This document shows, in pieces, positions 42,499 to 56,903 of a DNA stretch of 64,000 nucleotides. Positions within the stretch are counted from its first letter, which is position 1; every line of letters starts with the position of its first letter. The position numbers and the translations under genes are program-made. Source of the stretch: Dimorphilus gyrociliatus (taxonomy: Eukaryota; Animalia; Annelida); NCBI GenBank assembly GCA_904063045.1, contig CAJFCJ010000019.1:434001-498000 (forward strand), in the 5' to 3' direction. The notes under the pieces were generated by a model that saw only the letters and a list, made by a program, of their open reading frames with translations, had not been told where the DNA came from and did not search any database.

Positions 42499-45400
42499 TT
42501 ACTTCTTATTATTTGATGAACTAAGCACTGTTCGTAGATTTTCCATTAAACCTTCAACTTCCTCGGTATTAATGACCTTGTCCATATGTTGTCGGACAGA
42601 GCACAGCACCTGAAATAGAAATAGATAAATGCAAACGGAAATAACCTTAAGTGCAAAATGTAAACCTTTTCCAAGTAAGTCAAACCGTTACTAAATTGAG
42701 ATTGTAAATCGTAGCAGTCAGCCTTTGAGCATATTTTCTGCAGCATCCTTGAGCATTGAGTAACAACGCCCATGATGGTTCTTTCAGGGGGTAGAACAGT
42801 ATATTGAAATTTAAAAGGTAGACCGGATGGATGAAGAGCTGTACGGTGAACTGTAACGCATCTAAACTCAGCGCTATAATTATAACTTTTTGGTCGATAG
42901 GGATTAGCTATGACGCCAAGGAAGGGACAACCTGTATCTTGAGCAAACCACTCTTGGTACTTTTGCTGAGTTTCGATATCAACTAAGCTTGGATTGGGCG
43001 CGAATGTAGGGTGTGAGTGGTACCAGCCAACCACGCTACAATCTTGGGATATAATTTTTTCACTAGCTTCCATTTGCGAAATAGGGTCCATTTCGCACTG
43101 CGTTCCTGTAGAAACTGATCGACAAGCTTCGGCTATACGAACTGTTAGGGATCCCTCTTCTTCGCTGTAGGTTCCTCCTAGGAGTCCGATAACCTCAGTC
43201 TTACAGACATGACTGTGCATATCTATCAAGACAAGAGCGTCCGCACAAATTCTTAGTGTGAAGGGTTCTTGCACGTGATGATCGAAGTTGTGACACATGA
43301 TAAGTTGAAACGGATCGTGGCTGATTTTCACCCTGGGTGCTCTGCGGGATCTCTTCAACGGCAGTTCTTCATTATTGTGTCGAATTGTTCGACCTTGAAT
43401 CTCATTGAATGAAACCCAATTACCTTCATCATTCCTTACTCGGGCCTGCCTCTTCGATCTTCGCGATAGGTCCGTATTTCGAGATTTGTTCGGTTGTCGC
43501 TTGGCTTTCAACGCGGAAGGTTTTCGGGATGGAGACGGGGGAGCGTAAACTAGGAATATAATTGAAAGGAGTAGAAGTTTACGTATATTTTAATACACCA
43601 ACCACTGTTAAAATTAATAGCACCAATCGCTTCTAAATAGCAGTGAATTCTGCCTATGGCATTTACATCTCCTAACTGAAGAGAATGTCGGACGGCACTC
43701 TTTGTCAAATGTTTTGGTTTAATTTTTGCCCAACAGTCAAGAATATGGTTTCTCAAGTGCAAGTAGCGTTGTGGTGTTTTCTTAGGGCGATTACCGAAAA
43801 ATTCGGGGTGAGATCGTTTTTCCTCTTCACTAATATGATCTCGAGCCAGTTCGATTTCATGGTCAGGCTTGGTTATTGTTATTTTTCGTCCCTCGCAAGT
43901 CTTAAAAATAAGCTCTGATGGCAAAATAATTATTCAATGTTTTTATTTTTATACAGTATATTAAATACAAACCATTTGTATTTTGTTCATCGTCCTCCGT
44001 ATTTTCCAATGGAACTGTCTCCTCTTCTTTTATACCGACTTCGTGCTGAACAAAATTAGCACTACTATAAGTATGATCTTCAACCGCTCGGTAATTTGCA
44101 ACAGTAATATTATCAGCATATGAGGAAGAAGTAACGATTTCTTCATATTCAGCAACGGGAATGGATCCTGTTCTAATTCGCTCTTCGTAACCCGCTTCAT
44201 TCTTTTCTAATTCTTCATCAGTTTCAGTTTCTGAATCGTCATCTTCTGGAGCAAATTTTACAGTTTTTTTGTTTTTAAAAGGTGAAGTTAAAGCGGGGGA
44301 AGCTTGTGCAAACGAAAGGATGGACGGTAAGGTATTTTGAGCTTTCGTTGGCACCTTATTTAGTTTGGACAAACTTATTCCTTCAGGTTTACTATCGCCT
44401 GATAGGGGGTCACTCGTATGAAACTTGTCGATTTTTAGTTTTGACTGATGTGTCAACTCTGATATACTAGGAAGTAAATCTGATGATTTCAAGTGCTTGC
44501 TTTCATTCCGTTTGGTTTCTAATCGGGAACGATTTTCAATCTGTTTACTATTGTCTTCCTCAGAGTCATGCTCAACATCTACGTCAACGTCGTCTGCGTG
44601 AGCTATTGTATAATTTACTTCCTTGTTAGATTTATCGGACGTATTTTTGGAAGGAGATTTCTTTACATCTTTCTTACTCTTTAATTGGCTTTTGAAATAA
44701 CTATGAGCAAAACTCTTTACTTGTGTTGGCGTTCGATTTTCTAAGAGTTTAGAAATTTCAGTCCATCTACGACCGTACTTGGCCTAAATTATAAAACAAT
44801 TAACATTTTTGTGAACAACTTAAGAAATAATTTACCAAAGCCTTAAAAAATACATTTTTTTCCTCAGCACTCCACCTTTTACTCTGATTTTCGTTAATTT
44901 TGTTTACGCTTGTTATATTGCTTTCTGGAAACGGCTCAGATTCAAACAATTTATCACCAAATACATCCTCGTCATAACTAAAACACAATAATAGTTTTTT
45001 TTACACATGTAGGCACTTTAAAAAACATCTTTATTACTTCTCATCTTTATACATATTACGTATAAAATCTTTGGTGTCATCATCTATTTCCTTATCCAAA
45101 GCCAATACCTAAAAAGTTATGTACTTTAATAACAACATTAACAAGAAAAACTATAAGTAACCTGTTCCATTTCTGCTGCAGAGGGCATGTAATCCGCGGC
45201 CGCCGCAATGTCCAAATATCCATCATCGAAGCTAAAAATCAAAACAATTAATTATAGAACGCCATTAAATAAATTTCAAATGTGTGGCGCAAAACTGGGC
45301 AAACAGACGCGAATTGATTACAATATATCTATTATCGCTCAATATTACTGATTTCTAAGATCTCTGTCTTTCCGAAATCTTTTTATTAGCAGTGATAGCG

Positions 45401-45507
45401 ATGATGAAAAGATCAAGACATATATATATTTGATCATGATAATTCACAGCTTATTACCGAAAATCAGAAGAATGTTCCGCTTCAACATCGACCGTTTCGT
45501 CATCCAT
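42499..45507 (-). CDS. MYSM1: MYSM1 histone H2A deubiquitinase (SANT/Myb, SWIRM, MPN+/JAMM)
   Basis: ATG 45507 [11 protein letters not shown]; [17 protein letters not shown] | [25 protein letters not shown]; [39 protein letters not shown]; [35 protein letters not shown] intact; final exon ends SSNNKK* at 42501-42499. Confidence 0.92.
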
Positions 45508-45886
45508 CTTGAATATATTATCGAAATCGTTTCGTTACGTTGGTGATACCGACGTCCAGGCCACCTGGTGGTTGAAAATGAACTAAAAATATCACTAAAT
45601 GCTATTATTTCATTGAATATGCGTTTATTTTAAAATTGACATATGTCAACTTGTTGTGTTAATTAAAAGTAAATGTAATAAACTCTTTGCGTTTATTTAC
45701 TTAATAATTTAACCAAAAATTTTTTGTCCTAAGTATATCACTTTAACTGAACAAAAACAATTATTTAAGAAAGTTATGTAGAAAGTGATAGTTTGAAATT
45801 CAGTTTAATCAACTATAGATACATAATATACAATGTAAAATATATCTGTACAGCTTCGTTGTAAAGATTCTAAAACTTCTCAAAAT

Positions 45887-46310
45887 CTAGACAGTCGATT
45901 GTTTATATCCTTTAGTATTAAGAACCTTCTTTCCACACATGCTACATATTCCCTTTGAGTAGGCGCAAGCTGAAAATAATTTCATAAATAATTAGTTCTT
46001 AAAAAAAACCTAAAAAATGTTTTAATTACATTGACAATAATGTGCTCCAACTTGATGAAGAACCTGTTTACATATCCTGCATTTGTCGAAACCTTTCTGG
46101 TATGGATTGAAGCGAGTTTTTTTACTCGTCAAAGCTTTATTCTCATTCACTAGTCTTCCACCGCTTTCTGTAGTATTTCGAGCTCCGGCCTTCCATACAT
46201 CTGGCGTAATTACTTTACCTAATTTTTTCTGACCTTAAAACAACATCTTATATATATATTTATCAATTTATTAAACAGACCGTATGATACTTACATTTTT
46301 CACAAACCAT
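45887..46310 (-). CDS. CRIPT: Cysteine-rich PDZ-binding protein CRIPT (3 exons; absent from the ORF track)
   Basis: MVCEK|C..KLGKVITPDVWKAGARNTTESGGRLVNENKALTSKKTRFNPY..CRICKQVLHQVGAHYCQ|.CAYSKGICSMCGKKVLNTKGYKQSTV*, ending in a class I PDZ-binding motif STV. Confidence 0.95.
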
Positions 46311-46979
46311 ACTGATACAATCTAAAATTTTCTAAGCTCAAATTGATTGAGAAAATCAGAAATTGTTTTTTATCCGTCTGAAATATCGTCTGTTTATTAT
46401 TAAATAACATCCGCTAATGCCACTTCCTGTTTTTATGAGTCTAAAAAGCGTCTTCGGATAGGTCCGAAAATCATGCATTTATTTAACTTTAATGTTAGTT
46501 TTGTAATAAAGATGGTAAAGATATTTTATTTTCAATAATATAATTTGTTTTTTTTTGTGTTAGTGATTTTTTTATATCTTCTATGTAATTATTTATTTTT
46601 AAAACTTTCTTGAGCTTCAAAAAAAAATTTCATTATAAGCTGATTAAAAAACAATTAGTTTCAATACTCGTTCAAAAAGTAACTTATTATTTCCCATTTT
46701 TGTGAAGAAGATGTTGTAACTTTTATAAGATTTTTTCTTTCAATCATTTTTATTGGCCTTATTTTCTTAAATCAAAGATTATCTTCTCCAGATATTGATT
46801 ATATTCACTAAACATATTATTCTACTATAATTAGTATTCAAATAAATCTACCTATTGGATATTTTGTATTTTGTAGTTGTATATACTTTTTCTAGTTGAA
46901 ATTTGCTAAGGAAGTCTGAGACATTGTATTATAAACGGAAATATATTCGTTAGTTGGATAGCATTGGAAAATTCATATA

Positions 46980-47968
46980 ATGTCACTCTTAAAAGGATTA
47001 TTTAGTCATAAGTTAAATGCACAAAAACTGATTGGAAATGTGATAAGCTCTTCTGTAGGTTTTAACAGTATTCTTGATCGTTGTTTACGATCATTATAGC
47101 CCTCATGCTTTATTGAGCGATAATACAACTTTTCTCTCTAAAGGTTATTGCTTCTAAATCCATTCGGGTTAGGCCATACTGTGCCGAAGCAGATCTTGAG
47201 GAAGGTGAGGAAAATACTGAAGCTACACAACCTAAAGGCAGGCCAGAGCATGATGTAGAAACAAGCATTAAATATCTTAATAGCGAAGGTAAGTGAAATC
47301 AGTGTATCTAAAATATCTTAACTATGTTGGTATGTTTTTAGCATACAAAACAACATATAGAGATGCTAAAGTCTGGGAACCGTATAGACGAAACCACAAA
47401 GGAGCATTTGCCCCTAGTAAAACCAGAAAAACTTGCGTGGTAAGTATTAATATCCGACAATTTCATCCTACTAAGCTGCCTTTTAATCAAATTATTTCTT
47501 TAACTTAATTAGAGAAAGGGGGTCATGGCTACGGGAAACCCATGTCCTATTTGCAGAGATGAATATTTGGTTTTGCATCCCAAGGTAAATTTAAACACTT
47601 GTATTTAATATTTAGAAATATAAGTTAGTAATTTTATTCATTCCAGAATGTTAAACTGCTAGACCAATTTATAAGTCCCTTTACTGGAGAAGTTCTATCA
47701 TATACCAAGACAGGTAAGCTGCGAAATTCTTAGTTATGGAGTGTATAAGATAGGAAATTTACAGGTGTTTGCCAAAAACAACATAAAAATCTATTGGTTG
47801 CTGTTGAACAGGCATGGGACTTAGGTTAGTTTCATATTTTATAATATAAAACATGACGCTAAATTACAAAACTTATTATTGCTGCATTTTGCTTTTTCAG
47901 GATACATTAAAATGCCATTACCTACTCGATTGTATGATTATTCATTATATAAAGATTCATCAAAATAA
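46980..47968 (+). CDS. MRPS18B: Mitochondrial ribosomal protein S18b (mS40), 7 exons
   Basis: Spliced protein contains SIKYLNSE..VWEPYRRNHKG..TRKTCV|RKGVMATGNPCPICRDEYL..K|NVKLLDQFISPFTGEVLSYTKT|GVCQKQHKNL, the S18 zinc-ribbon pattern of mS40. Confidence 0.9.
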
Positions 47969-48067
47969 AATATTCTTGTAACTAGGTACTATTTAATAAA
48001 TTTTCACACAAACTTAAGCTCTGAATTTTATTCGTGGTAATTTATCGAAAATAGAAAAATATTTTCA

Positions 48068-50289
48068 TTAGTCCATCTCACTTCCTAAATTAAGCTTAAA
48101 CACAACTGAGTTTGGTGTTGTCGAATCGGCAATTATTAATTGTTGCCCTGGAAGTAAGCCAAGCTCTAAAATACAAAAGTGATAATTATATGTTTATGTT
48201 CCAGAAAAGTTATTATTTAAATTACCGCAAAGTGATTTCTTTAAATTACCCTTAGTTCCCTCTTCTATTGATGGTATACCAGTCATATACAATGTCTTTT
48301 GTTTATCATTAATGTACGTTGTGATGCTTGGAGATTTGTACTGACTATATTTTCACAAATTAATATAACAAATGCATCAAAATTATGCAACTCACTATGA
48401 AGCATTTTCTTGTAAGTAATCAATTACATCCTGTAACTTGGCATCTTCCTTAAAGGATAGTACTTGAGGTATCTGTTAATAGAAAAAGAAGGATAATAAT
48501 GTATTCTTTCCTCTATTGTGTAAATTTACTTACTTGGCTGCAGCAAGGACACTTCTCATTTCTCTCAGCTTCAAATGTATAAGTATATATTCCCTCAGTA
48601 TCATTGAAGTTAACGTAATTATTTAAAGTATGGCAGCAGCTGTATTAAATAGCAAATATAGAAATTTAATCTTTTTTTAAAAAAAAGAAAAATTCAACAA
48701 ACTTTGTTGCCAGTTTGAATACTTCAGTTGCACAGGCGGCTTTTTTATACAACAAGAAAAACAGATTATATAATATTATAATATCTTAAATGTTACTCAC
48801 CGGCAATTACAGCATTAGTAGATGCCACGGCCGGAATGATTCTTTTGATTACTCCTGAAAGGTTCTATCATTTGAATTACTATTAATTGAAGAATGGGAC
48901 TACCTTGTGTCAGTCGGTATGTTACTCCTGTTATTTTATATTTTTGAGCACGTTCTTGGGACTTTTTAAAAATCCATTTCAGATGATCGGGATTATCTCC
49001 ATCAATTGACACGTCCTCTAATTATTCAGAAACGTAACTATCATAAAAGGATAACTAGAGATATTCTTGTAACATACCTCCAAAAGGCTTTTCTTGAGGC
49101 CACAGTAACACTTTAATGTATTCTATGCAGTGTTCTGGTAAACGAGGTGTATGGGCTATTGTGCAAAGAGGGAAGTTCACCTAAAAGGTTAAAGTATTTG
49201 ATAATTTTTATGCTGATAAGATGAAAGGCTACCTGTGGGGGATATAAATCTAAAGTACATTCTACGCAAGCAGTCAGTCCTGGCAAAATGACTCTAGCAT
49301 TTCCTTTAAATCCTTCCGTTCCTCCATCTACTAAAGGAATTATACTTGTTTGATCAAGTTTACCATCCTCATAGGTCAGCAAACTAACCTAGAAGATATT
49401 TAAAAATTAAATAAGACTAAAATTTAAAAAGAGTATTATTTACGAGCATTCCGTTAATCCATCGACGAGCTAAAATGGAATCTAATCCACAAACTACTAT
49501 ATGGAAGCCTAGAAATAAAAATATAATTGATAGCTAACAATGGTTTGAAAGTTCAGATAATGTCAATTTTCAGCTTACTTTGATAGAAAGATTCATCATA
49601 ATCTTGAATTTTTTTGAAGTGTCTATTCCAAAGAAAAATGGATAAATCACGAATAAAATTTATTAATTATATTTACTTACGGTGTAACTTTGCAAGCAGG
49701 AATTCTTGTGTTTATAAATTCCGCTGCCACATCTGCTTTCGGTTTGCCTATGTCCTTTTCACTGTTTAAAACTCCAATCAGTAAAACTGTTTAAATCACA
49801 GTTTTAATTTAGTTACCGAAAAAGAAACTGCCTATTGAGATTAGATAAGTCAATTGTATCCATATCAATAACATCGATATTTCGAAAACCCATAAGAGCC
49901 TGTGACAAACATTAGAACAGAGAAAATGAGTATTCAATTTGCAAATATTAACTTGATTCGGGTTTTAAAATAGTTACCAGATCTTTCAATAATTCGCATC
50001 CTAATCCTCCAGCGCCAACAACTAAAATTCGTAACATCTGCAATCCATCTAGATTCTGAAATAAAAGTATTCTCTGAATATATCTTACAAACATTTCCGG
50101 TAAATTACCTTAGTTGATGCTTCGAATTCTGGATGAGCTAGAGGACCACCTCTTTCTAGCATTTTTCTTATATGATTCCATCTATCTGGCCAAGATCCAT
50201 CCCTATTAGAGAAATTAATTAGTTAAGCTTATTAGTATTAAGCCTGAAAAATAATAATATGAACGATTTTAAAGAACTTACGACGACAT
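48068..50289 (-). CDS. UBA3: NEDD8-activating enzyme E1 catalytic subunit (multi-exon)
   Basis: [21 protein letters not shown]; [14 protein letters not shown]; [19 protein letters not shown]; [16 protein letters not shown]; active site [18 protein letters not shown]; stop 48070-48068. Confidence 0.95.
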
Positions 50290-50868
50290 TTTGAAGCAAA
50301 ATATACAATTCAACAACTACCAGTTATTTATGTATAACATCAATCTTGCGAAAATCTCTCATATATAGGTGAAGCTCTCTGAAAGTTCAAATCTTAATAG
50401 ATTCTCTAATATTATAGTCTAGGTTTTAATATAGACTTTAGTGTTGGTGATCAAACCGGAAATTTTATTTAAGTTTTACATAATTTCTTGAATTTTGTTC
50501 GAGAACAAGTTTCCTATGTTTCAATGTGAATATTTCAAGATATTTCTGTGACTGAAAACGTAAGTCTTTTAGCACTTAATGCAGCTTGGATTAATCTATT
50601 TACTGCTTTTTTCAATTGTTTTCTAAAAGATTGTTAATTAAATTTCTATTAAAACCTTGTTTGAAACAATTATTATTATTCATATTAAAATTATAAAATA
50701 ATCTTAGCTTTGTTCGTAAAGTTAAGATGTATATTATACATGAAAAACAACGCTTTCTCTTCCCTATATAAAAGATAAAAAAAATTGACTATCTGATGTT
50801 TTTGTAGTAAATCTGCTACGGACCAACCTAACAGTCTATCTGAACGAAAAACCTCAAATTGATTTAAG

Positions 50869-52672
50869 ATGAATGTTAATAAAAAGATTGAAGTGAATGC
50901 AAGTTCAGTAAGTACATATCATATATACAATTTTTATTTTAAATTTATTTAAAATACCATTTTTCGTACTATTCTTTTTTTTCACAAACCTTTTGTTTTA
51001 TAGTTGGTAGAATTAAAGGCAGAACTTATCCGCAAAAAGAAGGAATTTGATGAACAGACTCATCTAAATGAGCAGAAAACTCTGTCTAGACCGAAAAAGA
51101 TAGAAAAAAAGCCTAATATATGGAGCGTGAAAAACACTGGTGTTCAACAGAGAGCACTCAAAGATTTAGAAGACCGCAAAGAAGAAACTGATAAACTGTC
51201 AGCCTCAAGAAAGGCTTTAGAAGCTAAAGCAAAGATATATGAGCAACTCTCCGGGACGTCGACTAATATTCCAGGTAAAATTTTAAACTAATATACATAT
51301 TGCTAGTTAACTGAAAACTTTACAGAAAGTATTGATGTAACCGGCTATCTTGTGGATTTTGATGAGAAAAAATACAATCCAAAATTATCAAGAAGACAAG
51401 AAGAGTTTGAAGCAGAGAATGAAAGGAGAATATACGAAGAAGAACAGAGAAGGATTGAACGGGAAGATATTGAAGATGAGCGACGTCAAATGTCTCGGCC
51501 AATACCCTCTCCAAGGGATTCATCTGAAGAATGGTATTAGCTTTATTAATAATAATAACTTTCTCAACACAAACATTTTCAATAGGGTGGACTTTACAGA
51601 CTCTTTAGGAAGGTTACGAAGGTGTCTAAGAAGGGACTTACCAAAAATGATCAACATGTCAAATTCCTTAATACAGTAAGTTTACCTACAGTCTATTTGA
51701 AAAAACACTGAATATCTTTTGTTAAAAAATAGAAATGAATCAAAAAGCCACAAATCTTACGACGATGATGATGATGATCACGATGATCTACCACAAGATG
51801 ATGACATTATCAGTCTTCCTGTAAAAAAAGGACCTATTCATTATGAGGATCTTAGACAAAACGGTTCGTGACTATACAGTATGTAATTAATCAGTAATAA
51901 CTGTTCTCTTTCATTTGAAATTAGAGATTCGAACTCATGGTATTGGATATTTCAAATTTTCGAAAGATGAGGAGAAAAGACAAGAAGAAATGGAAAAATT
52001 GAACGAATTAAGGAAAACTGTAATAATACAAAATCAAAATGCTTATGTGGTATTCCTTTACTAATAACTTTTATGCTTTAGACGGAAACTAAAAAAGCTA
52101 TAAATGAGAGAATAAAAGCAATGAAGTTGAAACAACAAGAAGAAAGATTAGCTAAAGTTAGAAGACGTAAATGGATAAGGGAAGGTAAAACCGAAGAAGA
52201 AATGGCACTCTTAGAAATTAAATTGTTAGCTGAAAAGGAAGCTGAACGTATTGATAAAGAGGAAAGGGAGCATGTTGAACCTATCATTAGAGAGGAAGAA
52301 TGGAGAAAATATGCACCTAAAAGGGAATGGGACCGTGGAAAATCAATCGTTGGAGGTAAGACATTTCTCAAAGCAACCATTAACAAAATAATTAATTAAA
52401 TAACTCATATTTCATATGTAGATGTCAGAAAAGGAAAATCTGATGCACATCAAGAACGACTGCAAGAATTCGCTCCGCCCTCATGCTATGAGGAGAAGAG
52501 GATAAAGAAATTTAAAAAGTATTATCCGCGAAAGGACGAAGTACAAGAAGATTTTAGCGAAGTCCCACCACCTCCATCTCCAAAAATAGATCCTACAATA
52601 GCAACAAACAGCGCTTTTGATTTTATAGATGAAGAATTAACAAAAATTCGACAAGAACCTAGTAACTTGTAA
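50869..52672 (+). CDS. CCDC174: Coiled-coil domain-containing protein 174
   Basis: MNVNKKIEVNASS|LVELKAELIRKK..KKPNIWSVKNTGVQQRA..ALEAKAKIYEQL..YLVDF..EEW|VDFTDSLGRLRRCLRRDLP..GPIHYEDLR..RTHGIGYFKFSKDEE..KREWDRGK. Confidence 0.88.
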
Positions 52673-54469
52673 ACTTAATCTTCAGATATTTCATTATATA
52701 TATTTCATAATACCAATAAATATACATTTCATATTTGTTTTCCCTAAAACGTTCTTTAAATTAGATAATTTCGAAATTATAAGTTTAGTAAGCTATATTA
52801 CTAAAACTTAAGATTATTTTTGCGTATCAATGTTTTATCCCTTTAGAAAGGTAACTGAACAATTTCTATCTTAATTTCTAATTATGCTAAAAAGTAGCAT
52901 TTTGAATAATATTTATCATCAAAGAAATAAATATAGAATTTATATTGAACATAGAACATAAATCTCCTACAATATCGTTCAATGAACTCTTAAACTGGTT
53001 GGAAAAATTCTTTTGTAGCGTCCTCTACTTCCAGAATTAAACACGCGGTAAGTTTAAGCTAAAAACTTCGATTTCTGACGTACATCATTGATTTTTTAAA
53101 TACAAGTTCAAAATATTCAACCTATTATTGCGAATTCCTTAATCAATTTTTTCGATTCTTACTACGCTAATAAGTTATTTGAAGAAATAGGGTAAATTCT
53201 TAATCTCATCCGCCATTTTATGTCGACTTAGAGAAAAAGACACAACAGGAAAACAATAAATATTTACTATATATTTGACAGCCAAGTAGATTTTTAAATA
53301 TTTGTATTAAATTCTTTAATCTGTACATTGGAATATTTCTTTAATTTCCGTAATATTCTGCTTTTGATCATCAGTGAATACTCTAGATATTTATATAAAC
53401 AAATACCAACAGCAGATGTTTTGTCAGATAATTTGTGAAAGAAAATAGATTTTTAAACAAGACATACAAAATACTTAATTTTTAGGAAAAGTATCTAACT
53501 TTATGTTAAAAATTTATGCTTTACTGGATACATATTAGTATAAAGCTAATATTATCTTTTCAGGTTCAGAAGTACTAAACATCTGACTGGTAGCGCTACC
53601 ATATATAATAAGCCAATATTGTACAAACTCATGGTATGTTGGTTTTTACATTCTTCCTTCTAATTATCTCTTATCATAATTAATATTATTGCAGCCCTAA
53701 AAAAATTAGTCTACACGATGAGAAAATTTCAAAAGCAGTCGCGATAAAATGCAAGCTGCTTTGAAGCTTTGGCTAAGAATCCTAGTGCGCCATTGCCAAG
53801 AAATTACGTCAGCCGCATAGTACGACTTTTCTCCCACGATTACTCCTACGAAGTAAAGACAAGGAAATATGTATACATACGCACATGCATAAAAGTTTTG
53901 CAATTGCACTCAATCGTTGCATTATATTTATCTTATTTTTTTGTATGTCCTCAATATTTAGTAATAAGTGTTGAATCAGTGGCATTAGATATCCGGTTCG
54001 CCATTGACCGCTACTAAATGATAATGAAAATGTATTTGTGAAAGCGACTAATTTTGGTCAGGAGCATCACTTTGTAAAGCTTCAGTGTCGTACGTTTTCT
54101 TCCTTATTTGAAAAAGAAACTAATTTTGATTGTAAGACAAGTATCCTCTGTTAAACTATGTGAAAGTGAAAAGATGTGAAGTGAACATAAAAGAATAAAA
54201 ACTTAAGAGAGTGTAAATTGTTTTTTTTTTTTAAAAAAAAGATCTTTAACAGGAGATTTATATTTATTAAAATCAGTGAAAAAATATTAAGTTCGAAGAC
54301 ACTGATCTGAAATAATCGACTCGCTAATTGATAATAATAAATCTAGTTAATGATAAGACTCTACTTCCATTGTTCAATCGCACAGATGTCGTTCAAACGC
54401 CCACTAATTGAAATTCTTAATAAGACTGCTTACGTATAATCTATTATTCAGTCGTATTTATGCTATCGG

Positions 54470-56719
54470 ATGATGAACTCGGAAGATCGTCCAAATACAA
54501 CAAATCAGCCTCCAAAGACGATTTTATCTTTCGTCCTAGACCATAGTGAAGAAGAAAAGGAGCAAAATGATGGAGGCCCCTTCGGAAAATGGCATTCAAT
54601 AATCAATCTGCTTGGAATACTTTATACAAAACTTATTATTCTAGCTGGGATAGCTCTACCAATAACCGAAGCTCTTAGAGCCCAGTGGTATGAAACCCAC
54701 TACGTCGCAGCCTTTTATGTCTACTTATACGGAGTTTCAATATTATTTCTAATTTGGCTATTATTCTCCCTTAGAAAAACCGACCATAAAGTGAAGTAAT
54801 ACATATTTAAAATAGCTTTGCTTGTTTTTTAACAGAATCTTTATGATTCAAAAACTAATTGTATCAATAATCTTTTGAAGTATCTCATATTCTTACAAAA
54901 TTTGTTTTAAGACAATCTCTTGAGTTTGATAACTTCCGTGCAATAGATAAGATTTGCATTGAATTGAATATGGAGATACGATTCTTTTATTTTTTTTTAT
55001 TTGCTTGTTACTTCAAAATATATGACTTGTGTTTTTTTATTTATTAATATATATTCTCTTTTAGACACCAGGTTCACGAAAATCGGGCTTTTTCCGGGAA
55101 TAGATCAACTAGTGAGCATTCGCTTAGTTCTCTTGAACATAAGAGTAGTAACTTGGTACTACAACGGGTTGATGATCCCTCCAGGAGAATAAGTCAGTAT
55201 AGTCTAAATGGGGGTGTCGTTTATAATCCAACGGCCTTGAGTTATGATGACTTTAGAGCGATACCTGAATTTGACACAATTTCTAACACTGTGGGAGAGA
55301 CTACTGAAGAGATAAAAGAGTACATATGCTATCATACAACGACGGCGACTATGAGTCATGAAGGTTCAAGTTTTTATCTTAGACTTGGAGCTATAATTTT
55401 TGCTTTAGCAAACTTAATCTATTTGGCTTTGGAAGTTGAACAAAAATATGGTGAACATCCGAAAAATTGCACAAGTAAACAAGTTATTTATCCAGTTTTT
55501 GTTCATATTGTATTCATTTTATTGCAAACTTTCTTTTTGTTTAAACACAACAAGGTAAAATGCAGAATAGGAGTAATATTTCACTTTTCCAAAATTATTA
55601 TTTTTACAGATTCATCCGGATCAAGGTAGTCCTATTGTTTTTGCAGGCCTTCTACACATTATAGGAACAAATTTTTGTGTATGGATGAGGTATCTGGTAA
55701 GAGAAGTGGAAGAAGGAGTACATATGGCGGATCATGCAAATGATAAAGCTGGTAACGGAAATAACTGTTCATCGCAGAATAGTCTTGTATCAAAAGCTTC
55801 TCCGTACCTCTTCCCTTTCGTTCTCGAGTACAGTCTTATAGCCGCAGCAACAATGATGGTTATGTCGTCAGAATTAACAGTTAGAGTAACAAGCGATTTA
55901 ATAGAAAAAGTTCGAAAGCAATTGAAGAAAAATCAACAATTACGAAAAAGGGCTTCAACTATAAGTAAACCATCCCAGCATATAGAGGAAGGTGTTGAGT
56001 TTCAAAAAGCTCATACGGGAATGTTCACTGGTATAGTTTTCTTGGCTGTATCTGTTATCGGTATGATACTCTTCTTAAACACTTACAACAAAAATAAGAC
56101 GGATAAAAAAGATCTAGCTATCAAAATTCACCATTGTTTCGACATTGGTCTCAATTTGATTATGGCAATAGCATCGATATTGAGTATGATAAGACTCATG
56201 TCAAAGTTATCATATAGCTATTCATCAAAGAATGGTGTAGATCAAGGCTTAATTATATTATCGTCTGGTGGTGGGATCTTACTGAATACATTTATGTTCA
56301 TTGCTGCTGTAACAGGTATTTTTCAAAATGATAACAGGCTAGTCATTCTGAAGTTGAGAAGTGCCCAATCATTTCTTGGTGTAATACAAACGTTGATCCA
56401 GACTACTATGATTATAGATGGATTGCAAAGATATTCTAAGACGCAATCGCAACAGCAGGAGAAACCCGGAAGAAACCATATAACATTCTTAATTGTCGCC
56501 AATTTAGGTATGTGGCTATTTAAAATGGTTCAACTAAAACAACTGGGGTTGGATAGGCAACGAGAATTCTTTGGAAAATTAGCTTGGGCTATTGTTCTAA
56601 ACGTTTGCTTACCATTGCAGTTGTTCTTCCATTTTCACTCAACTGTATGCCTAGCTGATATTTGGGTGAGCGCTTATGAACCAGACGCGGATCACAATGT
56701 TTATATTGTTGACACCTAA
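54470..56719 (+). CDS. Otopetrin-family proton channel (3 coding exons)
   Basis: SSFYLRLGAIIF, FILLQTFFLFKH, GLLHIIGTNFCVWMRYLVRE, PYLFPFVLEYSLIAA, IQTLIQT, ITFLIVANLGMWL and FFGKLAWAIVLNVCLPLQLFFHFHSTVCLADIW match the otopetrin domains and FYR box. Introns ~54796-55065 and 55555-55609. Confidence 0.9.
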
Positions 56720-56903
56720 TGTTATAGACTATATAAAAATAAAAAGTATTCAGTCATCGAGTTTAATAACAAAGAAACTCAGTGACCTATCAGTTAACTT
56801 GACACTTCTCAAGCTATACGAGCGTACGATGTACATTGCTCAATGATAAGGGTGTTTTATAGGCCTAGCCTGTGTGAACTGGCCAAAACCTAGTTAAGCT
56901 AAC

